Positions 1-6,504 of a DNA stretch of 20,000 nt are shown one piece after another. The position numbers and the translations under genes are program-made. The DNA lies in IMG/VR virus record IMGVR_UViG_3300034946_000506. One strand, written 5' to 3'. The notes beneath the pieces were generated by a model, which saw only the letters and a list, made by a program, of their open reading frames with translations, had not been told where the DNA came from and ran no database searches. Position 1 is the stretch's first letter. Each line of letters starts with the position of its first letter. The stretch is from an uncultured virus (IMG/VR IMGVR_UViG_3300034946_000506). Taxonomy: Duplodnaviria; Heunggongvirae; Uroviricota; Caudoviricetes.

Positions 1-1019
1 AATTCGACCTTAATGTGGTCTTTATCAAGGTCAGTCTCTACAGCATCAACATAAGTATCTAATAATTCACCTGTATCTTCTAGAGATACTTTAGAATCTT
101 CAACGCTTTCACCTAGATATTCTTCAAAGCTTTCAGCAATTTTAAGTTCATACGTATTAATACTTTGTAGTCTATCAACAAATCTATCAAACATGTATAG
201 ATCACTTTTATTTAAAACAATCAACTTAATAAACTTGTGTTCAAATTCAGATACATCAATATCATTATAATCAGTTTTAGTATCATCATAGATTATTTTT
301 TTAAATATAGTAATAGGATTACGAACCGGAATAACTTCTCTAGTTTCGGTATCTAAGATATGGAAATACTTAGGATCATCACAATCAGACCAAGTAAATT
401 CCATTTGACCACCTAGGTAATGAACATTCCCTTGACTTGATTTAGTATGAAAATGACCTGTTAAAACAGTTTCAAATCTAGAAAATATATCAGCATTCAT
501 ACCATGTGGATTGGTAATACCAGCCATTAATTCAAAACCTTTTAATTCAAGATGTGCACCAAGAATAGAAGCTTTACACGACATAGCCCACTTAGTGTAT
601 TCTTCATAATTGGCATTATTAATCCATGGTATAACACCAACTTTACAACCATCATAATCAAGAACAGTAGGTTTCATTATGATGTTTATATTTGAAGTAA
701 AGTAGCCGAGTAATTCCTTGAGTGAACATAATTCATTCGTATTCTTGAAATATACGTCGTGGTTCCCTGGTATAATGTCCATTGTGATCCCCATATCACG
801 CATAGGCTCAAGAAAATGCTTACGATTCGCGTTGAGGGCTTTGAAGTTAACGAACTTTCGGTGTTCATAATAATCACCTAAGTGTAATATGTTAGTTATA
901 TTATGTTCTTTAAGATACGGAAAAAAGATTTCTTCGTAAAATCTACCCTGATAATTTAAAAATATATCAGAAGAATTTCTTACACCACAATGTGTATCAT
1001 TTAATATTGCTACTTTCAT
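1..1019 (-). CDS. gp47: Recombination endonuclease subunit, T4 gp47-like (SbcD/Mre11 metallophosphoesterase); 3' end runs off the window
   Basis: Absent from the ORF track because it has no stop in the window. Manual translation from ATG at 1019 gives MKVAILNDTHCGVRNSSDIF...LHLGDYYEHRK...IIPGNHDVYFKN..., showing the DxH, GD and GNHD motifs, with a GHFH motif near 450-460. It follows gp55 as in marine T4-like phages. Confidence 0.93.
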   Translation of the reverse strand, partial: MKVAILNDTHCGVRNSSDIFLNYQGRFYEEIFFPYLKEHNITNILHLGDYYEHRKFVNFKALNANRKHFLEPMRDMGITMDIIPGNHDVYFKNTNELCSLKELLGYFTSNINIIMKPTVLDYDGCKVGVIPWINNANYEEYTKWAMSCKASILGAHLELKGFELMAGITNPHGMNADIFSRFETVLTGHFHTKSSQGNVHYLGGQMEFTWSDCDDPKYFHILDTETREVIPVRNPITIFKKIIYDDTKTDYNDIDVSEFEHKFIKLIVLNKSDLYMFDRFVDRLQSINTYELKIAESFEEYLGESVEDSKVSLEDTGELLDTYVDAVETDLDKDHIKVE

Positions 1020-1021
1020 AA

Positions 1022-1597
1022 TTATACCATAAATAATTCTAGTTTTTCTTTTTCTTTTTCTATCTTAGCAAACTCTTTGATCTTTGCATCTTTGGTTCTG
1101 ATCTGATCTATTCTGCTTCTTAATGTATCTACGTATGCCATAGTTTGTTGAGCACCTGAATCATCCATACCCATAGCAGCAAAATCTTCAATACCCATTT
1201 TTTCAATGAATTTAAACTTAATATCTTGTTGCTTCTTCTCTTTGGTTATACGCCTAATAAAAGCAAAATAACAAATCTGAGTAAAATATGAAAATGCATT
1301 AGGATTACCAGTACGTGTAGCAGTTTCTATCTTATAGTTATTAATTGCTCTTAAACAGTTTTCTACACCATCCATAACCATTTCTTCACGATAAGTATAC
1401 CGAACAAAGTTCGGTCTGTGAGACAGTCCTTCAGATATTTTCATGAAACAAGTAGCAATATAATTAGTAACTTTAGGTACTTCTACTTCAGCTTCTCTAG
1501 CAGCATTTGCTGTTCGAACATACTCAACAACTGCAAGGGAAAACTCCTTGTTATTCACATAATGTGGTTTAGCTTTTGGTTTAATTTTTTCAGTCAT
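1022..1597 (-). CDS. gp55: Late-transcription sigma factor, T4 gp55-like
   Basis: Motifs HYVNNKEF, LSHRPNFVRYTYREEMVMDGVENCL and NPNAFSYFTQICYFAFIRRI are characteristic of gp55. AGGAG Shine-Dalgarno at 1604-1608. Confidence 0.96.
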   Translation of the reverse strand: MTEKIKPKAKPHYVNNKEFSLAVVEYVRTANAAREAEVEVPKVTNYIATCFMKISEGLSHRPNFVRYTYREEMVMDGVENCLRAINNYKIETATRTGNPNAFSYFTQICYFAFIRRITKEKKQQDIKFKFIEKMGIEDFAAMGMDDSGAQQTMAYVDTLRSRIDQIRTKDAKIKEFAKIEKEKEKLELFMV

Positions 1598-1622
1598 ATA
1601 TATCTCCTAAAATAATATATCT

Positions 1623-1652
1623 ATTATATCACAGTTTACTGCAAAAGTAAAC
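1623..1652 (-). promoter_or_regulatory. Sigma70-type (T4 early-like) promoter for gp55/gp47
   Basis: Minus strand reads G-TTTACT-N17-TATAAT with an extended TG (TGTGATATAAT), and an A/T-rich UP-like tract lies upstream at 1653-1690. Confidence 0.85.
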
Positions 1653-1696
1653 AATTATTTTTAATTAATTTATTTTCAATTTATTTCACTCTGGCC

Positions 1697-1726
1697 GTTT
1701 ACATTCAGTGAGAAATGTGATATAAT
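1697..1726 (+). promoter_or_regulatory. Divergent sigma70-type promoter facing antisense into the Sm-like gene and uvsW
   Basis: Plus strand reads G-TTTACA(1698-1703)-N17-TATAAT(1721-1726) with TGTGATATAAT, the same architecture as the gp55 promoter. No credible plus-strand ORF lies downstream. Confidence 0.75.
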
Positions 1727-1764
1727 ATAGATACTGCCGGGGAGGTAAGGGGTATACTATATTA

Positions 1765-2142
1765 TTAATGTATTGTAGTACTCGATTCATCGGTGGGAAA
1801 GATATCTTCTTTTAGTTCGTACTCTTCAGCTTCATATTCAAGATCATCGAATGCTGGAAATTCTTTAGAATCATCTTGTAATGAATATCTTACGTAGGAT
1901 TCTTTTGTCTCTGTTATTACTGGAGTATGATTGATGACAAACCTTTTCATTATCTTAAATACTTTACTATCAGAGAAAGGAAACCAATCGACAAATGTAT
2001 ACACTCCAGAGAGTGAGATCCTCACGGCCGCAGGACGTTCAACAATAAAAGATTTATCATTTGAACTTTGAACATAACAAATTATATCTTCACCGCTCGT
2101 AAGCTTGAAGTGTCTAATATCTACTTCTTTTATAGTTTCCAT
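1765..2142 (-). CDS. Sm-like (Hfq/LSm-fold) putative RNA-binding protein with acidic C-terminal tail
   Basis: N-terminal IRHFKLTSGEDIIC...WFPFSD pattern resembles, from memory, the phage Sm-like family of marine T4-like/cyanophages. It lies between uvsW and gp55. C-terminal tail DDLEYEAEEYELKED is acidic. Confidence 0.6.
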   Translation of the reverse strand: METIKEVDIRHFKLTSGEDIICYVQSSNDKSFIVERPAAVRISLSGVYTFVDWFPFSDSKVFKIMKRFVINHTPVITETKESYVRYSLQDDSKEFPAFDDLEYEAEEYELKEDIFPTDESSTTIH

Positions 2143-2147
2143 TTATA

Positions 2148-2155
2148 TATTTATA
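2148..2155 (-). promoter_or_regulatory. T4 late promoter (TATAAATA) overlapping the uvsW stop codon
   Basis: Exact TATAAATA, followed by 5 nt and then the ATG at 2142. Confidence 0.75.
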
Positions 2156-3659
2156 TCCTTATATCGTGTACTTTGTAATCGAATTTTTCTCTGCTGTATA
2201 TTCTGATTCTTTCTGCCGCATGTAATAACGTATAGTTTTTCTTGCTTTTCCAATGTAAATCATCTGCAATATCAAACACCTTAGTATTCATACCATCAGA
2301 TGATTTTCTTAAACCTCTTCCGATACTTTGTAAGACTCTGATTTGTGACTTACTAGGTGATGCAAAGACAATATTATGTAAACGCTTAATATTAATACCT
2401 GTAGAGAAAGTGCCCATGCTAGCCACAATAATCGCGTTATCTTGTTTTTCTGTGATTGCTCGTATCTCTTCCCGCGTGTCCACATCGGTTTCACCTGAGA
2501 CATAAAATAACCTCCTAGTATTTCTTGGTAATTCTTCAAATTTCTTCTGTAATATATCATGTAATGGTTTACCATGTTTTTCAACAAACTGAAACAGTAT
2601 AAGTGTATTACCATCTTGATCCATAGCTAAATTTGATATAAAATTATTCCTAGGTCCATACTTTACAATAAAATCTATTTCATCTTGGTATTTCATCTTA
2701 GATACCAATTTACAATATTCATCGCTATACTTTAATAACAATACAAATATATCTAATTGTGCTAACGAATTTTCTTCAATTAACTTCTTAGTAGTTGTAA
2801 CTTTATAAACTGGACCAAATAAACCTTCTAATACTAATTGATGTGTTTGTGTTCCATCTAAAGTTCCAGTAGTTCCAATTCTATATTCAGCATTTGCACA
2901 CTTTTCTAAGATAGACGTAAGTGACTTAGCTTTAAAATTATGTGCTTCATCACCAATAACCATACCAAAATCTTGGAACCAATTACTTTGTAATTTATAT
3001 ATTGATTGCCAGGTAGTGATTATGATCCGTTCTTTAATATTGTACTTTTCTTTTCCTGCATATATCTTATGACAATTCTCTTGACTGTTCCATTCGTCTT
3101 TCTTTGAATAATCACCAAAATCTGAATACATTTGTTCGACTAAAGAAGTTGTTGGCACTATTAGTAATACACTTTTATCGTATATATCTAAATAGTATCT
3201 AATTGCTAGATATATGATTAAGCTCTTACCTGATGCCGTAGGGCTCAATAATAAAGCCTTTTTATCTGTCAGAGTGCGCGAGAGTGCATCCAACTGATAG
3301 TGCCTGGGGGATATATCATCCCCATTCACGCTGAGTGATATAGTCTTAAGGAAGCTTTCTATGTCATGCAATTCCTCAGTATCAGGCCTTCCAAACGTCG
3401 AATTGTCCTCAATAATCAATTCATAGTCCCTAGCTAGGGCAAATTCCTTCAGATACTTAAACAAACCACCATATATTACCTTCTTTCTAAGGTCAAATAG
3501 GCGTATTTTGCCATCCCACATCCTATTTTTGTAAGCTGGCATAAATTTATAACCCGGAACAAAGAAACAGAAGTGCTCTGTCAATTCCATCTCTATCCCT
3601 GGTTCCGTAGCTAAACTTAAGAAGACTTCATTCTTCTTTTTAACAATAATTTGTTCCAT
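2151..3659 (-). CDS. uvsW: UvsW DNA/RNA-DNA helicase (SF2)
   Basis: Walker A SPTASGKS, DEAH, TGT and QSIGRGLR motifs, plus N-terminal FMPAYKNRMWDGKIRLF. Start overlaps the uvsY stop (TAATG). Confidence 0.96.
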   Translation of the reverse strand: MEQIIVKKKNEVFLSLATEPGIEMELTEHFCFFVPGYKFMPAYKNRMWDGKIRLFDLRKKVIYGGLFKYLKEFALARDYELIIEDNSTFGRPDTEELHDIESFLKTISLSVNGDDISPRHYQLDALSRTLTDKKALLLSPTASGKSLIIYLAIRYYLDIYDKSVLLIVPTTSLVEQMYSDFGDYSKKDEWNSQENCHKIYAGKEKYNIKERIIITTWQSIYKLQSNWFQDFGMVIGDEAHNFKAKSLTSILEKCANAEYRIGTTGTLDGTQTHQLVLEGLFGPVYKVTTTKKLIEENSLAQLDIFVLLLKYSDEYCKLVSKMKYQDEIDFIVKYGPRNNFISNLAMDQDGNTLILFQFVEKHGKPLHDILQKKFEELPRNTRRLFYVSGETDVDTREEIRAITEKQDNAIIVASMGTFSTGINIKRLHNIVFASPSKSQIRVLQSIGRGLRKSSDGMNTKVFDIADDLHWKSKKNYTLLHAAERIRIYSREKFDYKVHDIRI

Positions 3660-4105
3660 TACATCCCGCTAGTAAATTTATTCCATTCAATAATATTTTT
3701 AATATTTTGGTGACGCCATTTAACATTCTCTAAAATTTCTTTTAATGTATCAATGAGCTCTTGCGTATAATGCATCTTAGCTTGATGTTCTTGTATTAAT
3801 GGATCTGCATCGTACCATTTATCCATATCGCCTTTAAGTACTGTAAGACCATTCAATGGATCATAGGGCCATCCTTTTGAGTCCATTTCCATTTGAGTTA
3901 GTTTACCATTATAATGCATAAACTTATCTCGTAATAATACCTTAAATTCAAGATCTAATTTTCTAAATCTAAGTTTATTTATCGAGTATAGTTCTAAGTA
4001 CTTCGAATGAAGTTTTGCTGAGTCTCTAGCGGATTGGTCTAATTGAAGTTCATCAATAATAGAATCTTTTTTCCACATCTCAAGTATTGTTTCTAGGTTA
4101 TTCAT
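3659..4105 (-). CDS. uvsY: UvsY recombination mediator
   Basis: 148 aa with WKKDSIID...KLHSKYL and IKNIIEWNKFTSG; adjacent to uvsW. Confidence 0.92.
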   Translation of the reverse strand: MNNLETILEMWKKDSIIDELQLDQSARDSAKLHSKYLELYSINKLRFRKLDLEFKVLLRDKFMHYNGKLTQMEMDSKGWPYDPLNGLTVLKGDMDKWYDADPLIQEHQAKMHYTQELIDTLKEILENVKWRHQNIKNIIEWNKFTSGM

Positions 4106-4152
4106 AATGTATCCAGTAATGTATATTCTAATGTATATTCTAATATATATTT
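4105..4152. repeat. Four tandem 12-bp repeats in the uvsY leader
   Basis: taatgtatccag (4105-4116) / taatgtatattc (4117-4128) / taatgtatattc (4129-4140) / taatatatattt (4141-4152). Confidence 0.85.
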
Positions 4153-4159
4153 ATTTATA
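4152..4159 (-). promoter_or_regulatory. T4 late promoter upstream of uvsY
   Basis: Exact TATAAATA on the minus strand. Confidence 0.75.
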
Positions 4160-4176
4160 AGGCGTGGAGAAGGTAC

Positions 4177-4563
4177 TTAAAACGCTCTATTAATTACTAT
4201 TTGGTTATTGATTATTACTACCGCAATCCCCATATTCATAACATTAAGAGTTGTTTCTCGAGACAGTACGTCGGGTTCGGCCCTAAGCGCAGCATATATT
4301 AACAGATTTGACAGTAGTTTAAGCCCTACAATTTTTTCGCCCGAAGGGCTCTTGCCATATAAAGGATTAACTTCCTCTAGACACTCGGTAAGAGGCTTAT
4401 CACTGGTACACTTTAATCCTTCATAAGTTTGCAATGTGTCTACCGTTTGTAAGGCTAGAAAGTATTTGTATTTGGCTTGTTCCTTTTCTGTCCAATCATT
4501 ATATCCAGTACCAGCACAACCACTAAGAAAAACTAATAAAAGGAAAGTTAAACTATTTCTCAT
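4177..4563 (-). CDS. Hypothetical membrane lipoprotein
   Basis: Signal peptide II MRNSLTFLLLVFLSG|C (lipobox LSGC), a DTLQT...EVNPL motif, and two hydrophobic C-terminal segments. Confidence 0.75.
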   Translation of the reverse strand: MRNSLTFLLLVFLSGCAGTGYNDWTEKEQAKYKYFLALQTVDTLQTYEGLKCTSDKPLTECLEEVNPLYGKSPSGEKIVGLKLLSNLLIYAALRAEPDVLSRETTLNVMNMGIAVVIINNQIVINRAF

Positions 4564-4580
4564 AAGTACTTTACTCTTAA

Positions 4581-5039
4581 CTATTTTATTTCAAAATAAG
4601 TATATTTCAATGTCACGTCAGCTTGTAAATATTCAATATCAGTTTGTTGAGTAGAGAATTCTATTGCTGATAAATTCGTTGGAAAACAATCTCTAAAAGT
4701 AATTTCTTTTGTTACATTATTGTGACTACTTAATATAGCCAATGTAGCATCCGACTTAAAGGTCTCTCCCTTTTCAATTATGTTATGCATCCAGTTAAAC
4801 ATTTCAATATAGTTTTCTAAATTTTCAGTTATATTAAAACGTATTGATAAATCACCAAAAGCAATTCTGTCTCCAGTAAAGGCAATATTAGATCCCTTAT
4901 AAGGCGATGGTGATTCTCCTAAAGTTAGATCTGGTAGTGTTACTGAAGTACAAAAGTATTCAACATTAGAATACTTTGTAGAATCTAGCTTGAACTGAAA
5001 CCCTGTGGGACTTAAAAAGTTTTTATTTGTAGTAGTCAT
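4581..5039 (-). CDS. gp3: Tail tube terminator / tail completion protein, T4 gp3-like
   Basis: NFLSPTGFQF...VEYFCTSVTLP...FRDCFPTNLSAIEF (tail-tube fold). Its position after gp23 and before uvsY is typical of marine T4-like phages. Confidence 0.85.
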   Translation of the reverse strand: MTTTNKNFLSPTGFQFKLDSTKYSNVEYFCTSVTLPDLTLGESPSPYKGSNIAFTGDRIAFGDLSIRFNITENLENYIEMFNWMHNIIEKGETFKSDATLAILSSHNNVTKEITFRDCFPTNLSAIEFSTQQTDIEYLQADVTLKYTYFEIK

Positions 5040-5044
5040 ATATC

Positions 5045-5052
5045 TATTTATA
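5045..5052 (-). promoter_or_regulatory. T4 late promoter for gp3
   Basis: TATAAATA-gatat-ATG, located just after the gp23 terminator. Confidence 0.8.
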
Positions 5053-5070
5053 CATCTAAAATCTTAAGAT

Positions 5071-5099
5071 AAAAAAAGGGACCCCGAAGAGTCCCTTTT
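5071..5099 (-). terminator. Rho-independent terminator after gp23 with C(UUCG)G tetraloop
   Basis: Minus strand AAAAGGGACTC-TTCG-GGGTCCC-TTTTTTT. Confidence 0.93.
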
Positions 5100-5120
5100 A
5101 AACTGTAACCTAATTAAAGA

Positions 5121-6485
5121 TTAGCTGTTTTGCATAATTCCATCAACTCTAAAGATTCTAAAGTAAGGATTAGCACGATCAGCACCAGTAGTTCCATCAG
5201 TAGCTACGAATGGATTTGCAACCATACCATAACGAGTCTTGAAACCAATTTTTGGCTGGAAGTCTTGCTCACCGATTGCTTTGACCATAGTTAAAGGAAC
5301 ATATGGGCAATAGAAGATACCTGCATCGTACGGAGTATTACCTCTGTATCCAACAGTTACGTAATCGGGGTTAGTACCAGTAGCATATGGATCTACATAT
5401 ACTTTGAACTTACCGTTAAGAACACCAGCAAAAGTATTACCAGTATCATCAACATTCAAAGAAGTAGATAGTGCAGGACTATAGTCCAACATTCCAGAAG
5501 CAGCAAGTACTGAAGCAACGTCAGAAGAACAGATAACGTAGTTACCCTTTCCTCGTCGAGTTTCTTTAGCAATTACGTTAGCTTCTCTTTCGATTTGCAT
5601 GATAAGACCTTTAGCCTTCTCTGCCAACCATCGGCCATCTGAATCAGTATGCAAGTTAAAGATACCTTTAACAGCAACACTTGCTTGCAAAGCGCCTAGA
5701 GTAGCTTTTCTGTTTACTGTTCTAACAACTTCTCTGTTGATTTCCGCAAGGATTTCAGAAGAAAGGATATTAGCAAGCTCGCCTTCAGCGTCTAAACCGT
5801 GGACTGCTTTAAGATCTTGAGCAAGTTCCATAGTGTATTCAGCTTTAAGAGCTCTTGACTTAGCAGTAACAGTAGCTTTGTCGATTGAGAATGCCATCTC
5901 GCCGAAAGTAGTACCACCACCATCGCCAAGTGCTTCTGCAGCTGCAGTAGAAAGACCACCAGCAACATCAGAAACGATCTCACCAGAAGTTTCACCAGTT
6001 GCTAATGAATTATCTCCATCATCAACAGCAGCTTCAAGACCAGAAGGTCCAGCTTCTTGAGTAACAGAAGCGTCACCAGAGAAAGAAGCATTAGCTTCGT
6101 TATGAAGAGCTTCAGCACCACTTTGGTTAGTATATCGTGACTTCATTGCAAAGATAAGACCAGTAGGTCCGCTCATTGGTTGAACACCAGCAATATCATA
6201 AGCGATAAGATTAGGCATTGCTCTTCTTACGAGAGAGATCAATACTGGATCAAATCCTTTGATAGCACCAGCAGTTGCACCCATACCAGCTCCAACAACG
6301 TTATTTGCTGCTTCTGTCATGAAGTTACCTTGCTGAGCTTGTGCTTCTTCTCTTGCTGAGATTTCTTGATTCTCTAAAAGACGTGCAACACAAGCTGCCT
6401 TGTGTGCGTCTCCGATGGATGGAACGTCACTGTGCTCGAGAACCGGAGCCCATTTTTCCATTAAGTTTTTGTCTGCGTTAAACAT
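5121..6485 (-). CDS. gp23: Major capsid protein, T4 gp23-like
   Basis: Motifs LVRRAMPNLIAYDIAGVQPMSGPTGLIFAM, AKSRALKAEYTMELAQDLKAVHGLDAE and FQPKIGFKTRYG. Start reassigned from 6566 to the ATG at 6485 (MFNADK..., AGGGG SD), because 6566 lies inside gp22. Confidence 0.97.
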   Translation of the reverse strand: MFNADKNLMEKWAPVLEHSDVPSIGDAHKAACVARLLENQEISAREEAQAQQGNFMTEAANNVVGAGMGATAGAIKGFDPVLISLVRRAMPNLIAYDIAGVQPMSGPTGLIFAMKSRYTNQSGAEALHNEANASFSGDASVTQEAGPSGLEAAVDDGDNSLATGETSGEIVSDVAGGLSTAAAEALGDGGGTTFGEMAFSIDKATVTAKSRALKAEYTMELAQDLKAVHGLDAEGELANILSSEILAEINREVVRTVNRKATLGALQASVAVKGIFNLHTDSDGRWLAEKAKGLIMQIEREANVIAKETRRGKGNYVICSSDVASVLAASGMLDYSPALSTSLNVDDTGNTFAGVLNGKFKVYVDPYATGTNPDYVTVGYRGNTPYDAGIFYCPYVPLTMVKAIGEQDFQPKIGFKTRYGMVANPFVATDGTTGADRANPYFRIFRVDGIMQNS

Positions 6486-6504
6486 TTTAGTTTCCCCTAT
6501 TAGA

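Noticed and set aside
686..877. 63-aa minus-strand ORF
   Set aside because: Out-of-frame shadow inside gp47.
1418..1615. 65-aa plus-strand ORF
   Set aside because: Antisense to gp55, no RBS, Phe/Ser-rich mirror of the sense codons.
2242..2614. Two alternative ORFs within uvsW
   Set aside because: Shadow frames of a conserved gene. The plus one lies about 500 nt from the orphan promoter and lacks an RBS.
4208..4654. Two 72-aa plus-strand ORFs
   Set aside because: Antisense to the lipoprotein and gp3 genes, with no promoter or RBS support.
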